The notes under the pieces: model-generated | Seen by the model: the letters and a program-made list of their open reading frames with translations, nothing else | What the model was told of the DNA's origin: nothing | Databases searched by the model: none | Made by a program: the position numbers and the translations under genes | From: an uncultured Akkermansia sp. | GTDB lineage: Bacteria > Verrucomicrobiota > Kiritimatiellia > RFP12 > JAAYNR01 | Direction of reading: 5' to 3' | DNA: 64,000 nt | NCBI GenBank assembly: GCA_964580075.1 | Contig: CAZOJL010000004.1 | Location: 262-64,261, forward strand | Shown: piece by piece, positions 33,639-42,875 of the stretch | How the letters are laid out: each line of letters opens with the position of its first letter | Numbering within the stretch: the first letter of the stretch is position 1

Positions 33639-34853
33639 ATGGCACGCACGTATGATGTAATGGCCGCAGGGCATTTGTGTTTCGATGTGATTCCGAATTT
33701 CCCGGATACGGGGGCGCGTCTGATCAGCGAGGTGCTGCGTCCGGGCAAACTGGTGCATGTGGACGATGCGGCGCTGAGCACCGGCGGGCCGGTTTCCAAT
33801 ACCGGCATCGGGCTCAAGATCCTCGGCAGTCGGGTGGTCTTTACCGCGCGTGTCGGCGCCGACGATTTTGGCCGCATGACCATGGAGCGCCTGCGCCAGA
33901 GCGGCAATGCGGACGGCATCCGCATCATCAAGGGCGCTTCCAGTTCCTACACGGTGGCCCTGGCGCCCCCCGGAATCGATCGCATCTTCCTGCACAACCC
34001 GGGTACGAATGACGTGTTCTGCGCCGATGATCTGAAGCCGAAGCTGATTGCGCAGTGCCGGCATTTCCATTTCGGCTATCCCCCCCTCATGCGGCGGATG
34101 TATTCGGACGAAGGCCGCGAGTTGGCGAAGATTTTCAAGATCGCCAAGGAGGCCGGTGCGACGACGTCGTGTGACATGGCCCTGCCCGATCCGGCCTCAC
34201 CGGCCGGCAAGGCGCCCTGGAAAAAGATTCTGGCGCGGATTCTGCCCTACGTCGACATCTTCATGCCGTCGGTCGAGGAAGTGCTCTTCATGCTGGAGCG
34301 CGACACGTTCCTGAAGCTGAAGGAAGCCAACGGGGGGTCGGATCTGCTGGATGTGCTCAAGGCCGGGGACTACACACGGTTGTCGGGCAAGTTGTTGAAA
34401 CTGGGATCGAAAATGACGTCGCTCAAGGCCGGCCGGCGCGGCTTTTACTTCCGGACGCAGTCGAAGGACGCCTTCAGCGGGTTGGGCGCCTCCAAGCCCG
34501 GGAATCCCGATAACTGGTCCAACCGCGAGTTGTGGTGCCCGGCCTTCTTCTGCAAGAAGGTGGCCAGTGCAACCGGTTCGGGGGATTCCTCCATTGCCGG
34601 TTTCCTCCACGCCTATCTCACGGGCCTCGATCTCGAGGTCAGCCTCAAGGCCGCCAATGCGCTGGGCTGGCAGAATATCCAGGTGCTCGATGCCGTCAGC
34701 GGCATCAAGAATTGGAAAGAGACGCAGGCCTTCTTGCGCCGCTCCCCCAAGCTGGAGGATCTGGCGCTGGACCAGGCGCCGGGCTGGACATGGGATCGGA
34801 CCTTCAAATTGTGGCACGGGCCGAATGACGCCTGCGCGACAAAAAAACCGTGA
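33639..34853 (+). CDS. PfkB-family (ribokinase-like) sugar kinase
   Basis: GSGDSSIAGFL anion-hole/ATP motif near the C-terminus and an N-terminal GG dipeptide region; 404 aa; 21 bp downstream of GH38. Confidence 0.7.
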   Translation: MARTYDVMAAGHLCFDVIPNFPDTGARLISEVLRPGKLVHVDDAALSTGGPVSNTGIGLKILGSRVVFTARVGADDFGRMTMERLRQSGNADGIRIIKGASSSYTVALAPPGIDRIFLHNPGTNDVFCADDLKPKLIAQCRHFHFGYPPLMRRMYSDEGRELAKIFKIAKEAGATTSCDMALPDPASPAGKAPWKKILARILPYVDIFMPSVEEVLFMLERDTFLKLKEANGGSDLLDVLKAGDYTRLSGKLLKLGSKMTSLKAGRRGFYFRTQSKDAFSGLGASKPGNPDNWSNRELWCPAFFCKKVASATGSGDSSIAGFLHAYLTGLDLEVSLKAANALGWQNIQVLDAVSGIKNWKETQAFLRRSPKLEDLALDQAPGWTWDRTFKLWHGPNDACATKKP

Positions 34854-34933
34854 CGGAGGTGGGGCCATCGGCTGGCGAATACCGGGACGTCGGCTCCGGT
34901 GCCGGCTCCGCGTGGCGCTTGACGGGAACAACT

Positions 34934-36017
34934 TCATTGCGCGACCTCCTCATACATCGCGACAATGTTGGCCGATGGCGAGTCGGGCTGCATGACGTGC
35001 GAGGGAGCCAGGATGTAGCCGCCGGGGCCGAGGGTGTCGATGCGATCTCTGACCTCGGCGCGCACCTCGTCCGGGGTGCCCGTCACAAGCGTCTGCTGGA
35101 TGTCGATGGCCCCGTGGAAACAGAGTTGGCGTCCGAATTCGCGCTTGAGGCGCGCCGGATCCATGCCGGCCGCAGAGGTCTGAATGGGGTTGAGCACCTG
35201 CACGCCGGCCTCGATCAGCGCCGGAATGATGCCGAAAATTGCGCCGCATGAATGGTGATAGCCCATCGCCCCGTGCGCCCGCGCCAGGTCGTAATGCCGG
35301 CTTCAGGCTCGGCATGAACAGGTGGCGTATCGGTTCCGGTCCCAGCAGAAGGCCGTTCTGGGTTCCGTAGTCATCGCCGCAGCCAACCGCATCGACCGCG
35401 CCAGGATAGCGGCGAAAGATCTCGCGCAGGCAGCCGAGGGTGAACGCCTCGACCTTCGCCACCGCCGCCTCCATCAGTTCCGGTGCGAGCACGATGTTCG
35501 TCAACGCCCGCTCGAGGCCGAACATCTGCCATGTGATGCCGAAGGGGCCGATGCAGGACATGTCGAGGATGACCACGTCCTGCTGCCGCTTCCACGCGGC
35601 CCAGTCGCGATCCACCGGCGTCTCGGGCCAGACCATCTCCTCCACGCGCGGCCAGTCATACGCTTCGACATCGGCCACGGTCTCCGCCTCGGTGAGCGGG
35701 GCCTGCGTGATCTCAAAGTAGTGGGCGTCTCCGGCGGTGACCCGCTCGCGGCGCACGCCCCAGTAGTCGATCTGGACTGTAGGATCGGACCGGGCATTGT
35801 GGGCCTTCCGCTCGGGCATGGACGGCCCGCGCCCGACCGCCGCCCACAACGATTCGAAGCGGCTTGCGCCGAAGCGCTGCCACAGCTTCTCTTCCGGCCG
35901 CGCGCCGAGATAGGCACGCAGCTTCGCTTCCGTCTCCGGCAGGGCCTCGTACGTGTACGGGATGCGGTCGGGCACTTCGCCGCGCATCGCGGCCAGCATT
36001 TCATCGCGGCGGGGCAT
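34934..36017 (-). pseudogene. uroporphyrinogen-decarboxylase (URO-D/MtaA-like) family protein, frameshifted near 35270-35295
   Basis: The N-terminal roughly 240 aa (MPRRDEMLAAMRGEVPDRIPYTYEA...GCGDDYGTQNGLLLGPEPIRHLFMPSLKP) are in one frame. The C-terminal part (YDLARAHGAMGYHHSCGAIFGIIPALIEAGVQVLNPIQ...GGYILAPSHVMQPDSPSANIVAMYEE) is in another, with a stop between them in the downstream frame. RBS AGGAG 7 nt before the ATG at 36017. Confidence 0.55.
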
Positions 36018-36039
36018 GCGGAATCTCCTTGCGATCATG

Positions 36040-37539
36040 CTATTGGCCGGCGGGCGTCCATTCGCCATCCGCGGGTTGATTGGTTTCGCTCCCCTTCGCT
36101 TCGGCGAGAAACCCGTCAAACGTCCACGTCCAATAGAGGAAGCGCTGCCGCCCGACCGGATCATCGGCCAGTTCGACCCGCGCCTTGTCCCGCAACGCCA
36201 TCATCTGGACCACCACATCGGGAGGCCAGATCTTCTGGTACATGGCCGGCGGGATGCGCCCTTGATCCGCCAAGCCGCCCTTCACGGTGTCCCAGCGGGC
36301 GCACTGCAGCCGGATCAGTTCCCGCACGGTGCCGCCGGCCTGGCCGTAGAGCCGACGGCACATCGCGTCGAGCACGGCGTCCACGTCCAGTTCCGGATTC
36401 CAGAGCGCCTTCATCCAGACATAGAGCGTCGGCGCGGAAGTCGTCCAGTCGGCCATGATGCCGCCGTTGATGAACGTCCCGGCGAGCACCGTGCGGTTCG
36501 TCCGGTAGAATTCGCACACGAGGTGTGGGTACTGCACGGGGCCATACGTCCAGCCGCTGCCGCGGTCCCAGGCGTCCTCACACCCCTGGAGGAGATAGGC
36601 CAGCGTGTTCGTGGAGCTGTAACAGAGCATGCTCAGATGCGGTGTTCCGTCAGCCTTCTGCTGAAACATGTCGTGCAGCTCGGGATGCTTGGACCACTTG
36701 CTCTCCCACTGCTTCCAGAGTTTCTGCGGCTCGTGAACCTTCACCTGGTAGGGCCAACTGTTGCCCTCGCGCACCAGCGGCAAATAGTCAGCCATGTCCA
36801 CCTTCGCCACGTCATCGGGAATGGCGCCCGGCGCGAAGGGGAGAGGCTCCTTGTCGAACCAGCGTGCGTTCTGCGGCAGCGGCCATCCGGCTTTCGGATG
36901 GAACAGGCGCTGGCGGAAAACGGGCTGATCCTGATAGGCAACCGGGGGGATGACGAGCGAGGCGTGGGTGACGAGGGTTCTCCCGCCGAGGTCCGTCGGC
37001 CAGTACCAGCGCACGCCGACAAAGCGCTCCAGGAAGTCCGCCACGGCCCAGGCCGTGCCTTCGCTGGCCCAGTAAGCCCAGCGATTGCTCCCTGTCGGCA
37101 GCGCCTGCGTGCTCCCCACGAGATAGACGCGGTTGGGGGCGGTCTTAACAACAAACCCCTCGAACGGCAATGTCGCCGCGTCGATGCCGGCCTGGCGCGT
37201 CTCCTCGCAATCGCCAATCACGATGGCGGGCTGGTCCACCGCCGGCGGCTCGAACACGCGTTCGAACGTGGCGCCGGTGCTCAGGCGAACGACCTCCAGC
37301 AGCTCGTCCACCAAACGCGTGAGCGTCGCGCTGGGTTTGGGGTCGGCAACGAAGATCACGGCCCGTGCCGTGCCGTTGCGCGCCAGCTCGACCGGCGCAT
37401 GCACTGGCGCCGTGAGCCACGTCACGGGCGTCAGGTCGCGCGGTTTGAGTTCGTCGCCGGCCAGCGTCGGCAGCACCAGCGCGGCCGAAAAGGCCACGAG
37501 TTGCACCATCTGCAGTCTGTATAGTCTTGTTTTTCTCAT
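36040..37539 (-). CDS. secreted DUF4838-family protein (putative glycoside-hydrolase-like)
   Basis: 499 aa with a signal peptide. It is strongly paralogous to the N-terminal 600 aa of ORF 6046..10242. Its start overlaps the stop of the upstream glycine-rich gene (ccATGa). Confidence 0.6.
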   Translation of the reverse strand: MRKTRLYRLQMVQLVAFSAALVLPTLAGDELKPRDLTPVTWLTAPVHAPVELARNGTARAVIFVADPKPSATLTRLVDELLEVVRLSTGATFERVFEPPAVDQPAIVIGDCEETRQAGIDAATLPFEGFVVKTAPNRVYLVGSTQALPTGSNRWAYWASEGTAWAVADFLERFVGVRWYWPTDLGGRTLVTHASLVIPPVAYQDQPVFRQRLFHPKAGWPLPQNARWFDKEPLPFAPGAIPDDVAKVDMADYLPLVREGNSWPYQVKVHEPQKLWKQWESKWSKHPELHDMFQQKADGTPHLSMLCYSSTNTLAYLLQGCEDAWDRGSGWTYGPVQYPHLVCEFYRTNRTVLAGTFINGGIMADWTTSAPTLYVWMKALWNPELDVDAVLDAMCRRLYGQAGGTVRELIRLQCARWDTVKGGLADQGRIPPAMYQKIWPPDVVVQMMALRDKARVELADDPVGRQRFLYWTWTFDGFLAEAKGSETNQPADGEWTPAGQ

Positions 37540-38324
37540 GGCCTTCCTCTGTTTGCGCCGGGACCATCATACCCGCCGCCGCCGCCGCCGCCGCCATAAT
37601 AGTTGCCCGAACTTGTGGGCCATTCTACACCGTCGCCGCCGTAACCACCATTGCTGCCGTCATCGAGAGAGGCGTGACCATCCTCGCCCGGCGCGCTCGC
37701 ACCGCCACCGCCAGCGCCGGAGTCATGGGTACTGTCAGTGTAATTGCAGCCGCCACCGGCATACCCCTGACCTGGCGTTCCTGCCCCACCATCATCAGTG
37801 AGATACCGACAACCGGCGCCACCCCCGGAGCCGCCGTCTTTGGCCGGGTTAACGAGATTTTGGGCTGCGGTTGTTGCGCTCGAGCCGCCACCGCCGCCGA
37901 TTGCCGGACCAACCAGCCCGACGATCGCGCTGTTCTCTCCATTCTCACCCGCAAGAAGCCCGGATAGCACTCCGCTGCCGCCGTTGCCTACTGTGACGGT
38001 GTAAGACTGCTTCGCGACCTGCACCGCTCCCGTCAGGACGCCACCCGCGCCACCACCGCCGCCGATGTTGTAGCCGCCGCCACCACCGCCGGCCACGATG
38101 AGGTGTTCGATTTTGCCCGGTGACGTGACATCGAGCGTGCCGCCCGGGTACGTGAAGGTGTGATACACCATGCCATTGGTGATCGTCGTGGTGCCGCCCG
38201 TGGCATGCACCGCTTCTGCCTGCGGCGCCAGCACGCCAAGCGTCACCGCAGCCAGCGCCAGGCCGACTGCCCCGCGCGCGAACCCGCGCGCTGTCTTGAT
38301 TGTGCATAGGCTTATTATTCTCAT
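37536..38324 (-). CDS. secreted glycine-rich protein (paralog of 16445..)
   Basis: Start at VMRIISL (GAGGAGG RBS). Signal peptide ...APQAEA. The ...GKIEHLIVAGGGGGGYNIGGGGGAGGVLTG...YTVTVGNGG architecture matches 16445..17077. Glycine-rich C-terminus. Confidence 0.55.
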   Translation of the reverse strand: MRIISLCTIKTARGFARGAVGLALAAVTLGVLAPQAEAVHATGGTTTITNGMVYHTFTYPGGTLDVTSPGKIEHLIVAGGGGGGYNIGGGGGAGGVLTGAVQVAKQSYTVTVGNGGSGVLSGLLAGENGENSAIVGLVGPAIGGGGGSSATTAAQNLVNPAKDGGSGGGAGCRYLTDDGGAGTPGQGYAGGGCNYTDSTHDSGAGGGGASAPGEDGHASLDDGSNGGYGGDGVEWPTSSGNYYGGGGGGGGYDGPGANRGRP

Positions 38325-38465
38325 GACCCTCCTCTTTTCTGTTGGTGACCGACCGACCGACCCGCCGAGGCCGATCACTGTTCACTGATTACTGTTCACT
38401 GATCTACACCCCGCCACGCTCACCTTTATTGCGCGTCGTTTTCGTCATCTCTTCTGGCTCAGAAA

Positions 38466-39473
38466 CTAGGCAGGCCGAACCGTATCGCCCTCCACCAGCG
38501 GCGCGGTCAGCATCAGGCGCCGCACCGGTGATGTGGGATAATCCAATCGCCAGTACAGCATCCGCATCGCCTCGACGCCGATGTTTTCCAGCGGCATGGC
38601 GGCGGTCATCAACTGGAAGTCTCGGCCGATGGCCGTTGTCGTGCCGTCAAATCCGGTCACACTGATGTCATCCGGAACCCGGAACCCGCGGGACCGCAGG
38701 TGCGCAATGCCCGTGAGCGCCATGTCGTCGTTGTAGAATGCAATCACGGTAAAGCGCCGGCGCAGATTCGCCGGCGTGGTGCCGGGCGGGATCAACGTAT
38801 CCAGTTGGGACACCACCGAATCCCGGGAGGCGTGTTTCGCCATGTGAATGTTGGCAGGCTCCAGCCGGCCGCCCCCTTGCTGCAGGCCGAACGTGAGTCC
38901 CATCAACCGCTCTTGCGCCAGGGAACTCGTCGGCCCCACAAAGGCCACGCGCCGATGCCCCATGCGGACGAGGTACTCGCCGATCGCTCTCGAGGCGTCG
39001 GCGTCGTTGACGGTGATCCAGTCGCTGACCTCGTCGATGGGGCAGAACACCGACACATGCGGTATCGGGCAGGTGCGCGGCGGACGACTGGCCGGATCGC
39101 CTCCGAACACGTGCACCACTCCGTCCACCTGCCGCCGGTTCACGAGCAGCGGCCACTGTCCGCGCCACTTTTCGGGAAAATTCATCACCTCGCAGCCAAG
39201 CTCGCGACCCCCGTTCAGAATGCCTTGCAGCAAACGGGTCTGAAAATCCGACCGATCCGCCGGATGCGTAACGGAGACCATCGCACACACGACCTGCGTG
39301 CGTGCGTTTTTTCCCCGTTGCCGGAATTCCGGCACGAGGAAACCGGCCTCCTGCGCCAGCGCCACAATTTGCGTTCGTAAGCGCGGGCTCACGCCGTCCT
39401 CACCTCGCAGAACGCGCGAGACGGTCATCTGCGAAATCCCGAGCTTCGCCGCCAAATCTTTCTGTGACCCAAT
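38466..39473 (-). CDS. LacI-family transcriptional regulator
   Basis: N-terminal HTH (MIGSQKDLAAKLGISQMTVSRVLRG) plus a periplasmic-binding-protein-like sugar-binding domain. GGAG RBS. Confidence 0.8.
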   Translation of the reverse strand: MGSQKDLAAKLGISQMTVSRVLRGEDGVSPRLRTQIVALAQEAGFLVPEFRQRGKNARTQVVCAMVSVTHPADRSDFQTRLLQGILNGGRELGCEVMNFPEKWRGQWPLLVNRRQVDGVVHVFGGDPASRPPRTCPIPHVSVFCPIDEVSDWITVNDADASRAIGEYLVRMGHRRVAFVGPTSSLAQERLMGLTFGLQQGGGRLEPANIHMAKHASRDSVVSQLDTLIPPGTTPANLRRRFTVIAFYNDDMALTGIAHLRSRGFRVPDDISVTGFDGTTTAIGRDFQLMTAAMPLENIGVEAMRMLYWRLDYPTSPVRRLMLTAPLVEGDTVRPA

Positions 39474-39621
39474 CATGAGCACTCCGCCCGTCGAAACACC
39501 CGCCCAATCGTACACATCGGAGTAACTATATCATACTTGTAGAATACGCGCAAGTGGGGAAATAAAAATGCAAGAAACACCTGCATTTTAACCATTTAAT
39601 TGGCAAAATGCCTTATGTTTA

Positions 39622-39633
39622 GGTAACGTTACC
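39622..39633. promoter_or_regulatory. candidate LacI-family operator (perfect palindrome ggtAACGTTacc)
   Basis: It lies in the AT-rich divergent intergenic region between the LacI gene and the GH28 gene, and matches the CG-centred palindromic operators of LacI/CcpA-type regulators. Confidence 0.4.
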
Positions 39634-40153
39634 CATGAACCTAAATAAGGCAATAGGCTGAAAGACAGTAAGGCACTAAGGTTGAGCATGAACAGGTTAC
39701 AGATTTGTTCGCACGCACCCAATGGTGACCAGACCTCATTTGCATAACCGACCGCCTCTCAATCGTTACAGCCTCACAGTCTCACAGTCTTCTGCCCTTT
39801 TGAGTGTGCATGAGCAGGGAGCCGTCTACGCGTCGGATCGGCGAGGTTTGGGGGATTACGATTACGATTACGATTAAGACAAGCTATAACCAGGAGTAAC
39901 CCTCATCAGAACTGCCATGCGCCCGGAATATCCCGCTGGGATCAAATTGGATTGCGATGACGGGGAGAGTCGGATATGGTATTGCGCGTCGTGCAGGAAG
40001 GGGGTTGATGAACCCGTTTTTCGATTAGCCCCTCGCATGAACCGGACGCCGCTCAACAACATGTCTCCCGCACACCATACGCCGGATGCAAAGATGCGCT
40101 GTTCGGGGGTTCCCGAACGGCCGCGCGCCGTTGCTGCCGTTGCGGGCACTGGA

Positions 40154-41584
40154 ATGCGTATCATGAAACAAGCTGCATCCGTCACAGTGTATCCCGCGCC
40201 GGTAGAGGAAATTCCCGCTGCGGATTATTCGGTCACGATCAACGGGCAACCCCTTTTTGTGTATCAGGCGCGGGTTTCCGCGCAACCGATCAACCAGGTC
40301 TGGCCGGGATATCAACGGCCGATGGAACAGACCGAGCAGGCTGCTTTCGCCGCGTGGGACATGAGCGGTCCGGTCGAGGTCGCCGTCATGAGCGCGCGCC
40401 CGATCCGTGAGGTGAAGGTGCGCCCCTCTTCACGCGCCATCACGCCCCGGTGTGACGGGCAGACCATCCGTTTCACGCTTGACCGTCCAGGGCAGATCAC
40501 GGTCGAGGTCAACGGGATGCATCGGGCCTTGCATCTGTTCGCCAATCCGCCCGAGGTCGCTATTCCGGATTCCTCCGATCCGTGTGTCCGCTTCTTCGGG
40601 CCGGGTGTGCATTGTCCCGGCCTGATCAACATGACGAGCGGCCAGACGGTCTATCTTGCCGGCGGGGCCGTTGTGTACGGCGCGATCCTGGCCGAGAACG
40701 CAGAGCATCTCGTGATCCGCGGCCGGGGGATTCTGGACGCCAGCCGTTTCGCCCGTGGCCAGGTGTCCGGCATGATCAATGCGGTTCGCTGCAGCGATGT
40801 GACGATCGACGGGATTACCCTGCGCGATGCCCCCGGCTGGACCCTCATTCCGGCGGTTTGCCGGAACGTGCAGATTCGCAACATCAAGCTGATCGGCATG
40901 TGGCGGTACAACTCCGACGGCATTGACTTTGTCAACAGCCGGCAGTGCAGCGTTGAAGACAGCTTCATTCGCACGTACGACGACTGCCTCGTGTATAAGG
41001 GGCTTGCGGGATGGCGGGGCACGGACTGCAATCAGGAACCGGTCACCGACATCCAGGCGCGCCGCTGTGTGCTGTGGTGCGACTGGGGGCGGGCGATGGA
41101 AATCGGCGCCGAAACGGTTGCGCGCGAGGTCAGCAACCTGCTCTTCGAGGATTGTGACATCATCCATAGTCTGGATGTCGCCATGGATGTGCAGAACGGC
41201 GACCGGGCACGTTGCCACGCCATTCTGTTCAGGAACATCCGGGTGGAGCTCGACGATGACCAGACCCGGCAGGTCTACCAGCAGGCGAAAGGGGAGGTGT
41301 ATGACCAGACGGATCGGCATCTCTCACAAGTGATCGTGGTGGTGACCGCGGCAAATATGTGGAGCCGTGACACCGTCCGCGGCAGCATCGACGACATCCG
41401 CTTCGAGAATATCGAGGTGACGGCCTGGGCCGAGCCGGAATGTTATTTCGCCGGTCTTGACGCGGAACATCGGGTCCGGAACATTGCGATTGAGAATCTG
41501 CGCATCAACGGCCGGCGCGTGCGCGCGCTGGAGGATGCCCGGTTTACCATCAAACCGTTTGTTGAGGAGATACGCGTGGGGTAG
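40154..41584 (+). CDS. glycoside hydrolase family 28-like (pectin-lyase-fold) protein
   Basis: Beta-helix motifs NSDGIDFVNSRQCSVEDSFIRTYDDCLVYKG (the GH28 NTDGID / DDC pattern). The start is uncertain: 40154 MRIM, 40163, or further upstream at 39917. Confidence 0.65.
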   Translation: MRIMKQAASVTVYPAPVEEIPAADYSVTINGQPLFVYQARVSAQPINQVWPGYQRPMEQTEQAAFAAWDMSGPVEVAVMSARPIREVKVRPSSRAITPRCDGQTIRFTLDRPGQITVEVNGMHRALHLFANPPEVAIPDSSDPCVRFFGPGVHCPGLINMTSGQTVYLAGGAVVYGAILAENAEHLVIRGRGILDASRFARGQVSGMINAVRCSDVTIDGITLRDAPGWTLIPAVCRNVQIRNIKLIGMWRYNSDGIDFVNSRQCSVEDSFIRTYDDCLVYKGLAGWRGTDCNQEPVTDIQARRCVLWCDWGRAMEIGAETVAREVSNLLFEDCDIIHSLDVAMDVQNGDRARCHAILFRNIRVELDDDQTRQVYQQAKGEVYDQTDRHLSQVIVVVTAANMWSRDTVRGSIDDIRFENIEVTAWAEPECYFAGLDAEHRVRNIAIENLRINGRRVRALEDARFTIKPFVEEIRVG

Positions 41585-41614
41585 CGTCACGCATCGGGGG
41601 GGGCCGGAGTTGTT

Positions 41615-42811
41615 ATGAGGACAGGCATTATCGCAAACGGATGTGTGATCAATCCGGGGTGCCGTCAACCAGGCGCATCGGTCGTGGTGCAGGGAGATAC
41701 GGTGGTGCAGGTGGTGGCTGCGGGCGGCGCGTTGCCCGGGGCCGACTGGATTTACGATGCCGTTGGGCGGTATGTGGTTCCCGGTTTTATCGACATCCAC
41801 ACACACGGCGCGGCCGGATATGACATCACCGACGAGTCTCCGGAAGCGGTGTCGGCCGTGGCCCGGGCCAAGCTGGCCGAGGGCGTAACGCGCTTTTGTC
41901 CGACAACCCTCACCCTCTCTGAGAAACGGCTGGCTGCCACGATGCGCCGGATTGCGGCGTACCGTGAGGACGCGCGGTTCAGCCAGGTGGTGGGGGTTCA
42001 TCTGGAGGGCCCGTTCATCAACCCCTCCTGCCTGGGGGCTCAGAACCCGGCCCATGTGCGTCCGCCCGATCTGGCCGAAGTGCTGCGGCTGCACGCGATC
42101 TCGCCGGTGACGCAGGTGACGTTTGCGGTCGAGATGGACGGCGGGGTGGCATTCGCAGCCGCGCTGCGTGAACACGGAATCATTCCGGCATGCGGTCACA
42201 GCCGGTGCGGGTGCAAACAGTTTCAGAAAGCGTATGCCGCGGGACTGCGGCATCTGGCCCATTATTGCAACCAGATGTCGCCCCTGCACCACCGGGACAT
42301 CGGGTTGGTGGGGGCGGGGCTGCTCTATCCCGACGTCACGTTGGAGCTGATTTGTGACACGGTGCACGTGTGTCCCGAGATGCTGGCGCTGATATTCGCG
42401 CACAAGCCGCGTGAGTCGCTTCTGCTGATCACCGACTCGATTCGCGCGAGCCACCTGCCCGATGGGCCGTCGTCGCTGGGCGGACTGGACGTGGTCGTGC
42501 GTGACGGTGAAGCGCGATTGGTTCAGACCGGCGCACTGGCCGGTTCGACGCTGCGGATGAACGTCGCGCTCCGACAGGCGGCGCGTATTAGTGGGCTGCC
42601 GCTGGAGGCGGTCATCGGCATGACCGCGCACAACCAGGCAAACGAATTGGGCCTCGCCAGCCGGTTCGGCCGGCTGGCGCCGGGGTGTGCGGCCGACGCG
42701 GTCGTGCTCGATCCGGAAACGTGCGACGTCGAGGCGGTTTACGTAGACGGGGAACAGCGGTTCCCCCTGACGGGTACCGGGGTTAACAGGTCAATGCCGC
42801 CGCGGGCATGA
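41615..42811 (+). CDS. nagA: N-acetylglucosamine-6-phosphate deacetylase
   Basis: GFIDIHTHGAAG metal site and VHLEGPFI, about 398 aa, amidohydrolase fold. Confidence 0.8.
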   Translation: MRTGIIANGCVINPGCRQPGASVVVQGDTVVQVVAAGGALPGADWIYDAVGRYVVPGFIDIHTHGAAGYDITDESPEAVSAVARAKLAEGVTRFCPTTLTLSEKRLAATMRRIAAYREDARFSQVVGVHLEGPFINPSCLGAQNPAHVRPPDLAEVLRLHAISPVTQVTFAVEMDGGVAFAAALREHGIIPACGHSRCGCKQFQKAYAAGLRHLAHYCNQMSPLHHRDIGLVGAGLLYPDVTLELICDTVHVCPEMLALIFAHKPRESLLLITDSIRASHLPDGPSSLGGLDVVVRDGEARLVQTGALAGSTLRMNVALRQAARISGLPLEAVIGMTAHNQANELGLASRFGRLAPGCAADAVVLDPETCDVEAVYVDGEQRFPLTGTGVNRSMPPRA

Positions 42812-42875
42812 GCGAGCGGTCGCATGTGCGGATGGTGAAGCCGTCCTTTGGGGTGACGATCGGGGAGACGAGACG

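Noticed and set aside
35322-37524. 378-aa and 523-aa + ORFs
   Set aside because: Antisense to the UroD-family and DUF4838 genes.
40430-42631. 296-aa and 435-aa minus ORFs
   Set aside because: Antisense to GH28-like and nagA.
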